DNA of 64,000 nucleotides, taken from Octopus bimaculoides (lineage: Eukaryota). Each line of letters opens with the position of its first letter. Within the stretch, counting starts at the first letter, position 1. Positions 49,522 to 61,869 of the stretch are shown in pieces. Under the pieces are notes generated by a model. That model was given only the letters and a program-made list of their open reading frames with translations. It was not told where the DNA came from and did no database searches. The translations under genes were made by a program, and so were the position numbers. The stretch covers positions 72,521,301-72,585,300 of the forward strand of contig NC_068982.1 in NCBI RefSeq assembly GCF_001194135.2. The letters run 5' to 3'.

Positions 49522-51999
49522 CTTTTACAGGTGTAATAACTTGTAGTGTACTTTTCTAGGTTTATTATCTTAAGAATATGACTTTTCATGCTCACATGTA
49601 ATCCATGATTTTACCAGGCATTGCTGTTATAAGATAATTAATAATGTGTCAATAATTTAAGATTTTACTTTATAAAATACTGAAAGATAATACTTCAATT
49701 TTTCCATGTAAGTGATGATAATATTTTTTCATATTTAATTTGAATATATGTTGTGATTGAAATATTTGATATTACCCATCCACACCAAATTAATGGCAAG
49801 GATTTTTACCATGGTGTTGGTTGCACCATGGCTCACCAAAAGTTACAAACAACAAGACCCCAAAACCATCAGTTACCAGGCTCACCTTAACTAACCTAAT
49901 TTTTCAAAATTAAGAGGTCACAGGAATTCATTCAACGAAAAAAATTTCAAATGATTCCAGGATGGGGGGGGGGGTATCCCCCCCCCCCCCCGCCATTTTT
50001 TCTGAACCAAAACAAGGGATTTGCAGCATATTAGGAGGTCAGGGTACTTGATTCCACGCAAAAAATCAAATTTGTTTTTTTCTTAGTGAAAATCGTGTGG
50101 GTGTTAATATAGAAATTGACCATAGTTGTTATTTAGCCTCAAATAAACCCTAATACTGCAAACGTATCATCAAAGACATTCCAGCCTTCAGCAAACCGTC
50201 TTTTTAGGGATAATCTAGGACATTACATACAATGGGCATGTGATTTAGGTAGGGGGATACTTTGGCTGCTATTTTTAGCGTGTCGAGCGACCAGGTAGAG
50301 GCTCTTTCATTGGTTTGATTGCGTGATGAGATTTTTTTACATATATATTATATATATCATCGGCAGAAGTTAGAGAGTAAGTCAAAAGCTGAGAGTTTCG
50401 TGTATTGGCACTTATCAAACACGAATTTTTCCATTGTCACTCTGTAACTTCTGACGAAATAACTTCTAAAATACAAAAATTTGTTAAAAACGTTAAGAAT
50501 ATACCCTGTCCTATGTGACATATTCTACCAGTATCAGAAGTTTGAAAGTGTTTAGTTAAAAAAAATTAATGAAATAATCTGTATGTCAAAGTCGACCTCA
50601 GCAAAATTAGAACTCAAAGCATAAAGATAGACAAAATACAGTTAAGCATTTCACCCGGCATGCTAACGTTTCTGCCAGTTCGCCACCTTATAATGTAAGC
50701 ATTCATTTTAGAAATATATTCTTTATTCTTATTGTTTAAGCATTACTTCTTATTTCCTTACTTACTGACATTAAATTTCATAACATTTTACCTCTTAACT
50801 GTTTTTACACTAACTTTTGTTCAATGCAACTAACGATTCTGAATTTCTCATGCATTTTTCTATCATTTAAGCCTAAGGAAAGAGTACTTTTAATTTAACC
50901 TTATTGCCCACTTGAGTTCTGACATATTTAGATGTAACTTTTTTTCTACTGAACCATTGGATGGTTCAACAGGATCCAACAAGCTATAGGGCTGTGTTGA
51001 GCTCCAATGTCAGCTTTGGCATGGTTTCTATTGCTGGATGCCCTTCATAATGCCAACAACTTTACTGGGTGCTTTTTTACATGACATTGGCAGTAGTGAG
51101 GTTACCAAGAAACTTGTAAGACAAGAAAGATAAGAAAAGAAAAAGGAGAAAGCCCCCTCAACTAAGAGGGGGAGAGTATTTGGGAAGGAGTAGAGGTGGC
51201 TATATGCTTGGTGTTGGATAAGATAACCGAATGTGAATATGGTATTCAACTTAGCATATTCCTGAAAAGTCAGTCTGAAAAGTAGTTTTACAGGTGTAGC
51301 ATGTCAAAAATACCAGTTTTAAAGTGAATTAAAAAAAAATAAATATACACAAAAAATATATTTAATTGTTTCAGTCATAAATGATACTCCAGTTAAATTA
51401 CAGTGCATCATGTTGATTTCTCACAAGACTGGGAGGCAACTTGGTTGCCCACAGATGGTTGAGATAGAACACATTGCTAAGAATGCACCAGATAATAATT
51501 TAATCCATAGAAGATGACAGGGCTGATCTATCGGCTGAAAAGTCAAATGACAAAGAAGACTGTATTAGTTCATTCAATCTCCAACAAGAATATATATAGT
51601 TTTATATATATATAAAAATATATATAGTTTTATATTACTTTTCACTGTGTGAAGTTTAATTGTGTTAGAGTTCGAATCCTTCAAACTTTCTTTCATTGTT
51701 CTTGAATGTAGGTCTTCCATTTCGACACTCCTACGAGGGTTCATAACCTCATTACCATTGGTATAACAACGCCGTCACACAGTGGGAGGTATCCTCGTCA
51801 CCACTGTTATGCCCCGCTACTACACATCAGCAGCTGTGTGAGCTATGAATCCTGTCACCACTGTTATATCCTGCATTATATATATATATGTAAAGTAATT
51901 ACCTAATTTTTAATTTGGGGGGCAGGGAATAAGTGCATGCCTTCTGTAGGTTTGTGAAAAGGGATCCATCTTCTTGGCACTGAAACTCAAAATGAGGCT

Positions 52000-53464
52000 C
52001 CATCTCCAAAGGGTTAAAACTTACTGGTATGATGAAGTGTGAAGTACAGTTTGATTCAATCTTTTTTAATAGAACTTGTTATCTAACAAATTGACAAGCC
52101 TTAGATTTATATGCTTTGGATTGGACTACTGAACAGGACTTATGTAGTAAACCAGTGAACCCTATTTGCGTACATTCAAATTTCATCAATCTGATGCTTT
52201 TACTCATTTACAGAAGTAAAAATATTCATTTGTTTTCAAAGATTTATTGGGGTGTTGCAAAATGCCCAGGAAGGTCTGATTGGTAACCATGGCCAGTATA
52301 AGAAAAATCATGGTTCAGAGTTCACATTGATTTTGCAGGCCCTACAAATGGTAAATATTTATTATTACTAGTTGATGCTTCTTCAAAGTGGTCTAAAATT
52401 TTCATGAATAATGAGATTTCAACTTCATCCACATTCACAAGCTAAAGCAAGTATTCAGTCAATTTGCTCTACCAGAAGAGCTTGGTATCAGACTACAGAC
52501 CTCAGTATACATTGTCAAGTTTTAGTCAATTTTGCAAAGTCAATGCCACAAGACACATTTTTGCACCTTCCTGCCATCCTCAGTCTAATGAACTGACAGA
52601 GAGATTTGTTGATACTTTTAAAAGGGCACTTTTTAACTCAAAAGAGGAAAACACCACAGAAGCAATACCAAGGTTTTTACTGGTTATTGAAGTGCTCCTA
52701 ACCCAACAGCTCTTGAATAGAAATCACCTGAAGAACTTATGCTTAGGAGAAAAATTAGAATAATTATGGAGAATATTTTGTCACACAATTGTAGAAAGGA
52801 AGTAAAATAAAATTTAAACCACCAGTACAAGAGGTACATGAGGCAGTTCCATCCGAGACAGCCAATATGGGTATGGCAATTTAAAAAGGAAAGTTTAGTG
52901 CGGTCTCCAGGTAAAGTTAAAAAGTGATGTGGAAAAGTAATTTATGAAATTCAAGTGCATAATCAAATCTGGACAAGACATATCAGTCAATAAAGAAATA
53001 GAGAAATAATTCCAAGTAATTAAGATTGAAGAAGCAAGATACCCCTGAACATTCTGCATGAAGAATTCAATTTACCTTTATCTCAAGAATATATGCAAAA
53101 GAATGATCCCAAATCAAGCTCAATGAAATTCTACTCAAGTGTGCCAGAAGTCAAACAGGATCATTTTAGATCTGCATAAAAAGTCCTACGACAGTGGAAT
53201 TAAAATTTTTGTTGATGGGGAACATATTAGGGATAAGACGACCAATACTTATTTTGGCATGTGAATATCAAGTCCAACCTGGCGAGTACCTGAAAAGTTA
53301 GTCTCTCTTCCATTGCGTGCATTTTCACATGGGTCTGTCGTCTAACAGACACTTGCTGATTATTATAATATAATTCTTATGCAAGTAAAATTAGTTCTCT
53401 TCCTTCTTCACTGGAATCTGGTGGGTCATATTTTATTAGTTGAGTACTCAAGGCCCAAATAACA
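52000..53464 (+). mobile_element. Decayed, internally deleted Ty3/Gypsy LTR retrotransposon (K02A2.6-like integrase) with probable 3' LTR 53225-53464
   Basis: SWFRVHIDFAGP, LVDASSKW, LVSDYRPQY, HPQSNELTERFVDTFKRAL (rve core, about 52290-52630), downstream KSPEELM and IWTRHISQ motifs; purine tract gatggggaa then tattagg...ccaaataaca; left boundary approximate. Confidence 0.8.
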
Positions 53465-54137
53465 ACCACAGTTACAGTTACAACAGTGTTGGGGCTGTTG
53501 CTAAAGTATGTTAGAGAGACAAGCATGGGTGTCTTTCTATAGTGAAGATACATTGCTACCCCACATCACATAAAGATGGCTGGAAATAGTTGGGAAGAAG
53601 AGACTCGCATATTAATACATTTATATATTAATCTAAAGAGTTGGAAGAGATACTGCAAAGCGTTTTGTCCAACATACTAACAATTCAGCCTGTTTGTCTC
53701 CTTATATATGACTTTTAATAATTACATAATAGTTAAATAAGCTTCATGAAATATAGTCCTGAGCTGGAGCTCAACAACTAGGAGCAGGAAAATGGCTACT
53801 TAGGGTGGGGAAGTGGTATCATAGGGATAATTATTTGACCTCTAATTTTAATGGCATTGTCTTTTTAGTCTATTTTATTTATTTATTCATTTATTTATCT
53901 TTGAGAGTTTATAAGAAAGTGAGCTAGCAATTCTTTATTATTTTTATCATTTTCTGTGAAATTTGTTTCAAAAGAAAACAATTTGAAAAACAAAAACCTA
54001 TTTAAAAATGGTTTAGTAGACTAAACAATTTCAATAAAACAACAACAACACTACCGCCAAACACTACCATCACCACCTTTTCCACTCTTCCCTAGAGCTT
54101 GGATATTTTTTTCTTTTACCTACTTATTTCTCCATTT

Positions 54138-54146
<9 letters not shown>

Positions 54147-54168
<22 letters not shown>

Positions 54169-54555
54169 NNNNNNNNNNNNNNNNNNNNNNNNNNNNNNNN
54201 NNNNNNNNNNNNNNNNNNNNNNNNNNNNNNNNNNNNNNNNNNNNNNNNNNNNNNNNNNNNNNNNNNNNNNNNNNNNNNNNNNNNNNNNNNNNNNNNNNNN
54301 NNNNNNNNNNNNNNNNNNNNNNNNNNNNNNNNNNNNNNNNNNNNNNNNNNNNNNNNNNNNNNNNNNNNNNNNNNNNNNNNNNNNNNNNNNNNNNNNNNNN
54401 NNNNNNNNNNNNNNNNNNNNNNNNNNNNNNNNNNNNNNNNNNNNNNNNNNNNNNNNNNNNNNNNNNNNNNNNNNNNNNNNNNNNNNNNNNNNNNNNNNNN
54501 NNNNNNNNNNNNNNNNNNNNNNNNNNNNNNNNNNNNNNNNNNNNNNNNNNNNNNN

Positions 54556-54644
<89 letters not shown>

Positions 54645-54700
54645 AATGTATATATGTATACATATATGTACATACACACACAAACACACACACATATAAA
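54147..54700. repeat. (TA)n array spanning a 388-N gap
   Basis: TA runs on both sides of N 54169-54556. Confidence 0.9.
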
Positions 54701-54870
54701 CTGTTCCAAATGCTTTGTATCCTTGTACCAAATCTGTCCTCTCAGGTCTTTGGCATCAAAAAATCTTTGGGTTTGGGGCAGGGTATTTCATTGTTTTGGG
54801 TGTGTATGCATCTGTGCATGCTTGCATATAAATGTTTATGTAGTAATTTGCATCTTCACACACACACATG

Positions 54871-55178
54871 TACAGTGGAACTTCAGTTTACAAATGCCTC
54901 TCATGAATAAACTGGTTTATGAACAATTTTTCGAACATAAAATGTCTTGGGTGATGAATACACAAGCCTGCACCAACAGTTGGTGACAAGTTGAGAGTAT
55001 CAGTGGGAGAGCATCAGTTGCTGTCTAGCTTTCACTCAGTGCATATCTCTGCTTGAATTTTCTGAGCCTTCTGTCTCTCAAATTTCCTATGGGGAAAATA
55101 GTTTTGGTTTACAAACATTTCGGATGATGAATGGCCTTTGGGAATGAGCTAAATTTGTAAATTAAAATTTCACAGTTT
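54871..55178. mobile_element. Tigger-like MITE relic
   Basis: tacagtggaacttcagtttacaaat ... aaatttgtaaattaaaatttcacagttta degenerate TIR pair. Confidence 0.4.
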
Positions 55179-55680
55179 ATAGAGGAAGCAATTGCAGCAT
55201 AGAATACACATATTAGCCATTCAAAAACACACAAAGACAGTTTGACTTAAAAAATGGTTAAAGACTCTGTTGGTTATGAATGACCATGAGATTGCACTTG
55301 GAAAGTTCCCCTCCTAAGCACAAGTCTGGGCAAGGTTGTTTATGGAAGACCAGCAGTCAGCTATGCATGTCAGCTTCCCCTCTCCAAGCCACTGATGATA
55401 TCCATCGCAACCCATTTCTACAGTTGAGTGAACTGGAGCGACATGAAATAAAGTGTCTTGCTCGAGAACACAACACACAACCCAGTCTGAGAATTGAATT
55501 CACAACCTCATGGTTGTAAGCCCAATGCTCTAGTGACTGAGCCTTGTACTTTCACACAGTTTGACTTAAACATTTATTATTTGGGATAAAAATTTTCATT
55601 GCACAAACTGTGATTCGGTCACTGTGATGGAGCTGTGTCAGTGACCAAGTGTAAGAAAAAGTTTAATTCCAAACAGATGT

Positions 55681-56129
55681 GTAACCCTTTAGCATTTAAA
55701 CCAGCCATATCCAGCCCAAATATTCTATCTGTTTTATGTTCAAACTGGCCAGATCCAACCTCTCGCACCTACTCTACAATGCCATTCAAAAAATATATAA
55801 CGACATCATTGAAATCTCAAAGTTACAAGACAATGCATGATTAATTCAAAACAATGTAAATAAATAAGCATTATGAGAAGGTGCTGAAAGGTTCCTGGCT
55901 TTGGGTAAAAGAAAATACAGGAAGATCAATTAATTATGCTTTTATTCAACATATTTCCCTTTCAGATACACACACTAATTGCAGTGGTCCTTCAGTTTTT
56001 CTAAGCCCTGTAAAAGAAGTTGGAAAGTTGGACATCCTCCAGCCAGGCCTTTCATGATACCCTAAAGTGAGGAACTTTTCAGCACCTTCTCATACATGTG
56101 ACAAAGTAATCTGAATGCTCAGGGGTTAA
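55681..56129. mobile_element. MITE-A hosting a mariner-type MITE
   Basis: Host reads aagcatTA[insert]TAcatgtgacaaagtaatctgaatgc; uninterrupted copies read aagcattacatttgac. Confidence 0.85.
55874..56092. mobile_element. 219-bp mariner-type MITE, TA TSD
   Basis: TIR tgagaaggtgctgaaaggttcct / aggaacttttcagcaccttctca (1 mismatch in 23), TA at 55872-55873 and 56093-56094. Confidence 0.9.
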
Positions 56130-56899
56130 GTGATGTTAACAGTCTTTGTGTGTCTATGAATGGCTAACATGTGTCTTTCAGACTGTAATGGCTTCGAATC
56201 ACCTGCCAGGCAAATACACTGCTGAAATATGTATGTATGTATGTGTGTGTGTGTGAGCATGTCTTTATCACCCCTCCCGACTCTCCATACCACTTGATAA
56301 CCAGTGTTGGTTTGTTTATCTCCCCCCACCGCCACAAACTAGTAGTTTGGCAAAAGAGATTGGTAAAATAAGTNNNNNNNNNNNNNNNNNNNNNNNNNNN
56401 NNNNNNNNNNNNNNNNNNNNNNNNNNNNNNNNNNNNNNNNNNNNNNNNNNNNNNNNNNNNNNNNNNNNNNNNNNNNNNNNNNNNNNNNNNNNNNNNNNNN
56501 NNNNNNNNNNNNNNNNNNNNNNNNNNNNNNNNNNNNNNNNNNNNNNNNNNTCAAGCCAATCTGTTTGACTAAAACACTTTCAGGTGGTGCTCTAGTATGG
56601 CTGCAGTCCAATGACTGAAACAAGTAGAAAAAAAGATGAAAGATGTGTGGGTGTGCATACGCACATGTAGTGAATGTCTGTAAATGTGTGTACATGCTTG
56701 CATATAGTGCATTTCTGTCTATGTGCATGTACGTATGTGTGAAGTTTTTTTAAACTTTGATATTTTTTCTTTTTCTTACTTTTTTTTTTGGTGGTGATGC
56801 AGTCATTGTTTTCTTTTAATCTAATCCATTGCTTATTGCTATCGATGCTGATGTTGATGATGTTATTGTTGTCGTGGTAGCAGCGTCTATGTGTCTGTT

Positions 56900-57560
56900 T
56901 TTCAGTCAGTCTACTTCACACAATATCATCCCAGCTTTTCACCACCCCTTCCCACCAATCTCGCCTCTCCCCACTCTCTCCCACAAATGCAATTTCAATT
57001 ACTAACATGTTGCATGATAACTGTCTTATTTATAATCATAATCTGCTCTCTTAACTCTCCCCCCATCTCCGACCAACCATACCACCATCCCTGTCTGTTC
57101 TCTTTCTCTCTTTCACTCCCTCTCTGTCAACTTAGATGTCTCTCTCTTTCACCCTGTGTCTGCCTTCCTCTCTCTGTCTGGATGTTTTCCTCCCCACCTC
57201 TCTCTCTCTCTCCCTCTTTGCTGGAATGTCTATCTTTCTCTCTCTGTGTCTGCTTGGATGTCTCCCTCGTTCCCTTTGAGTCTGCTTCTCTCTTCTAGTC
57301 TGTGTCTGCTTCTCTCTTCCAGTCTGTGTCAGCCGGCACCTCACCCCCTTTCTCTTTTCTTGCATGTTTCCCTCTCCCAGACTGTCTCTCTGTCTGTCTC
57401 TCTTTTCCAATCTGTCTGCCTCTCTCTCACTCACTCTATGCCTGTATATCTTCCTCCCCCTACCCACTCTACTTCTCTCCCTCACTCTTTTTGCTTCAAT
57501 GTCTCCCTCTTCCCCTTTGTGTCTGCCTCTCTTTCTCTCACTCTCTCTTCCATTGATATT
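56900..57560. repeat. Pyrimidine-rich (CT/CTGT)n low-complexity tract
   Basis: Directly visible. Confidence 0.9.
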
Positions 57561-58789
57561 TTAACTCTAAAGGTGCTAATAATCTCCCTTCTCCTGGGCT
57601 CTCTACAAACCCCACAGTAAGGACTCCTGTTCCAGCTGACCTATCCCCAACTCTGCTTGTATTGATATCTGCTTACACATGGTTATTAGCATTGTGTTGA
57701 TAATAATATTATCACTTTTTCGATAATATTATCTAGTTTCTGCTTCTTTTTATTTTAGTTAAGCATATATGCATTCATCATTGTATACAGAAAATATGTT
57801 ATTTTCATTTAGTGTTCACTTTTCCAAGCTTGCATGGGTCAGACAGAATTTGTTGAAGCAGATTTTCTATGACCAGATGCTCTTCTTGTTGCCAACACTC
57901 AACTGTTTTCGAGTAAGGTAAACATTTCTAATGGCTAAACAAATTTTCATAGAAGACTGGAAACACACAATATCAGTGATGCTTATTGACAACCATCACA
58001 TACATTCAGTTTTCCTCTATGAATTCCATTCACTAGGCTTTAGTCAGCCTGACGCTATAGTAGAAGACACTTGCCAAGGTGTCACATAGCGGGACTGAAC
58101 CCAAGAGCAGATGGCTTTTTAACCACATAGCCATGCCAGTATGTATAACCTCTTAGTTGTCTCTACTATATATCAATGATTAGGTTCTCTTACTATACAA
58201 AATTACTAAGCAAATATGTAAACTGAATACAGAACCTGTATGTGTAATGAATGTTTCTACATAGTTGCAGCACTTAAAATATCAGTATAACCTTTATTGC
58301 AGAATTAATTGAACAGAGTTTTGTAAGGATTCTGCAAAGAAGGAAACCTTGCAGTTTACAAACCTTAGAAAGTTCTACTTAGGTTTTCTGATAATTCAAA
58401 TAAACTAAAACAGACAAATAAACATATGATAAAAAAAAAAAGCAAATTTACTGTATATTGAATATTATTGTTTTGAACTCAGTGTTGCATACTTGTGTGT
58501 AAATATACGTATGGGAGTGTGATATCCATTAGTTTTAAAATGGCTATCAAATTACATGGTACTGTAGTTATTTTCAATCAATGCAAATATCAAATTCGAA
58601 ACATGTTTACTAAAACAATGTTAGGAGATGAGAAATGAGCAAATCAATATATTAGAGAAAATATTTGGCAACATTCTTTTCAAACTTGCTCATTGATATT
58701 ATAGTATAGCAACTAAAATATTTAGCATACTAAAATATATTTATATGTTTAACCCTTTTGATTCCAATCTACCTGAAGCTACTTCTAGC

Positions 58790-59016
58790 TTAACTCTTTA
58801 GCATTCAGATCACTCTATGAAATGTAATACTTGCTTATTCACATTGTTTTGAATCAATCGTGCATTATCTCATAGCTTCGAATTTCGATGATGAGATAGT
58901 TTATTTTTAGAATGACATTATAGGATAGGCGTGAGAGGTCAAATATGGCTCATTTAAACATAAAACAGGTAAAATATTTGGGCTGGATATGGCTGGTTTA
59001 AATGCTAATGGGTGAA
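58790..59016. mobile_element. MITE-A nested in MITE-B
   Basis: ttaactctttagcattcag ... aaatgctaatgggtgaa. Confidence 0.8.
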
Positions 59017-59122
59017 TGCTACAAACATCTTGTTTTAAGGTTATCTAAATTAAAACCTTACATCAAAATTTCATGTTCCAAATAATTCTACATTATTTAT
59101 CAGGTCATTAAGAATGAAATGT

Positions 59123-59504
59123 GTGGAGGCGCAATGGCCCAGTGGTTAGGGCAGCGGATTCGCGGTCGTAGGATCGCGTTTTCGATTCCCAGACCGGGCA
59201 TTGTGAGTGTTTATTGAACAAAAACACCTCAAGTTCCATGAGGCTCCAGTAGGGGATGGTGGCGAACCCTGCTGTACTCTTCCACCACAACTTTCTCTCA
59301 CTCTTTCATCCTGTTTCTGTTGTGCCTGTAATTCAAAGGGTCAGCCTTGTCACACTGTGTCATGCTGAATATCCCCGAGAACTACGTTAAGGGTACACAT
59401 ATCTGTGGAGTGCTCAGCCACTTGCACGTTAATTTCACGAGCAGGTTGTTCCGCTGATCGGATCAACTAGAACCCTCGTTGTCGTAACCGACGGAGTGCC
59501 AACC
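59123..59504 (+). mobile_element. SINE-B inserted in the left mariner TIR, 13-bp TSD
   Basis: TSD aagaatgaaatgt at 59110-59122 and 59505-59517; A-box tggcccagtgg 59135-59145. Confidence 0.95.
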
Positions 59505-59683
59505 AAGAATGAAATGTCCAATTTTCTCATGCACCAAGTTTGACAGTCATTAACTCTAATGTTTTATTCTGACAATTCATTGTCTGACAATATTGAAGAG
59601 TTACATCATCAGTTTTTGAAATGCAATTCATGGCGTCTGATTACATTGTGAGCTTTCTCTTGTAAATCAATTTTCGTGAACCC

Positions 59684-60667
59684 ATGCATAGATCAAAAAC
59701 TTGTGTTGTTTATGAATATGAGTTCTGTTGTGGAACCAATGCATCCCAGACATCTCAAAACGTCAATGAGGTGTTTGGTGAAGATGTGGCGAATGAATGC
59801 AGTGTACGTCGATGGTTTGAGAAGGTCCAGTCTGGTGATTTTACTCTTGAAAATCAGCCCCGTGGTAGATCCGAGACCAAGGTGGATAATGATGAGCTGG
59901 AAACTGTAGTGAAAGTGGATACATCTCAAACTATGTATGAGTTAGCAGCAAGGTTTGATGTTTTGATTAAAACTGTATTAGACCATCTGGAACAAATTGG
60001 CAAGGTAAAGAAGCTGGACAAGTGGGTATCACATGAACTGAACGAGCATCAAATGACATGTCATCTTGAAACTTGCTGTTCTTTGCTGTCATGGTATAAA
60101 AGCATACCATTTTTGCATTGTATTGTTATGCATAATGACAAATGGATTCTTTTCAACAATAGCAAGTGGTTGGATAGAGACGAAGTGCCAAAACACAATC
60201 CCAAAAAGAATATTCACCAAAAAAAGCTAATGCTGGTCCAGCACTATAGCTTCATGTGACCTGGTAAGTCAATTCCAGTGGATGTATACATCAACCAAGT
60301 GGATGAAATGATGAGTGGCCTTGCAATTAAACAACCGAGATTGGTCAAAAGAGACAGGCCAATTCTCTTGCAAGTCAGTGCTCGACCACATGTTGCACAA
60401 AGAACGCTACTAAAGTTACAGGAATTGAACTTGGAAGTACTCTGTCTTCTACCATATTCACCAGACCTTGCACCAACTGACTATCATGTTTTCCAGGCAT
60501 TAGACAACCTTTTGCAAGGAAAAAACTTCAAATCTGAAGAAGACACAAAAACAGCCTTTCGTGATTTCATCACCTCTTGCTCTCCAGAATTCTTTGCTGC
60601 CAGCATAAATAAGCTACCGATAAAATGGCAAAATTGTGTTGATAATTTAGGTGCATACCTTGATTAA
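59684..60667 (+). pseudogene. Mariner (D,D34D) transposase pseudogene
   Basis: Two ORF-track ORFs in the same frame separated by TGA 60257-60259; motifs VRRWFEK, WVSHEL (WVPHEL), YSPDLAPTDYHVF; first catalytic D reads N (MHNDKW), second reads V (QVSARPH), with 34 residues to the third D; VWW segment deleted. Confidence 0.92.
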
Positions 60668-61084
60668 CTGCATTGCTTTTTGTTGGGATAAAGTAAAATA
60701 AGCTTTCAATTCAAAATCGGACATTTCATTCTTAATGACCTGATACTAAATTTTTCATTCCTTTAAAAATTAAGTGAAACAAAGGCAATATATTTCAGAA
60801 ATATGGTAGAGAAGGGGTTAAAGCATCCTACTTTGAAGAAATCTTTTACCAGAGTTCTTAGCAAAGCAGGATAGGTAACAGAATATGGTTCCTGGATTAA
60901 CAATTACTGATTTTTACTTGAGATAATGGCTTGTAGCAATATAGATGATTCTACTCGTCTTAGAGACATCACCATCATCATTTAATGAACTCCTATGTTG
61001 GCATGGAGATAATCTAAGTTGCATATTGAATTTAGTTTGATAGCTGTTAAAAGAAAATTCGTTGTAGCAAAGTATATTAATCTT

Positions 61085-61299
61085 TTATCTTTTACTTGTT
61101 TCAGTTGGGGCAACATCTTGAATTTTCAGCCAAATGAATAGACTCCAGTAATTCATTTTGTTTCTTTGTTAAGCCTGGTACTTATTCTATCATTCTTTTT
61201 GGCCAAACCACTAAGTTATGGGGATATAAACATACCAACACCAGTTGTCTAGTAGTGGTGGGGCATAAATACATACACAAAGAAACATACACACACGCG

Positions 61300-61331
<32 letters not shown>

Positions 61332-61495
61332 CACACACACAATTGACTTCTTTCAGTTTCCATCTACTATTCACAAGGCTTTGGTTGGCCCAAGGCTATA
61401 GTAGAAGATATTTACCCAGGATACCATGCAGTGAGATTGAACCCAGAACCATGTGGTTAGGAAGCAAGCTTCTTATCTCACAACCATACCTGTAC
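61085..61495 (-). mobile_element. SINE-A
   Basis: Reverse complement of SINE-A: cttttacttgtttcag...gaacccagaaccatgtggttaggaagcaagcttctta. Confidence 0.8.
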
Positions 61496-61869
61496 ACCTC
61501 CATGCTCCTTCAGGATTTGCTCTGGAACCCCTACACTATCATCTTCAGCACCCATCCATTAACCTTATATAATGCAGGGTAGCCATGTATCTCCTCAATA
61601 GCAAGATTCCTGTGCTTGTCCCATTATCATACTTTAACTTTCCCGACACCTCGCATAAAGCTACATGCCTCCTCTTAAATACTCCCCTTATTTTGTCAAG
61701 GGACTTTTTCCTTTTCATGTTCTTTTCCTGTCTTGCAAGCTTGCAAGTTATTTGGCAACCTCACTAATGTCAGTGGAATGAAAAAAGTATCTAGTACATA
61801 CTGTAAAGTGGTTGTCACTGAGACGAATATACAACTATAGAAACTATGCCAAAGCTGGTTTTACTCAGT

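Larger units (their letters stand above)
59100..60743 (+). mobile_element. Near full-length mariner (about 1249 bp without the SINE and one TSD copy), TA TSD, 31-bp TIRs
   Basis: Reconstructed left TIR tcaggtcattaagaatgaaatgtccaatttt vs right TIR 60713-60743 (1 mismatch); TA at 59098-59099 and 60744-60745. Confidence 0.95.
58749..60821. mobile_element. MITE-B (reverse orientation) split by MITE-A and a mariner
   Basis: ttaacccttttgattcc at 58749, middle piece 59017-59099, final piece 60744-60821 ending gaaggggttaa; the pieces match the reverse complement of 42623-42851. Confidence 0.8.

Noticed and set aside
54099-54986. Longest listed ORF (295 aa) and its antisense partners
   Set aside because: Open only because of the 388-N gap and (TA)n array.
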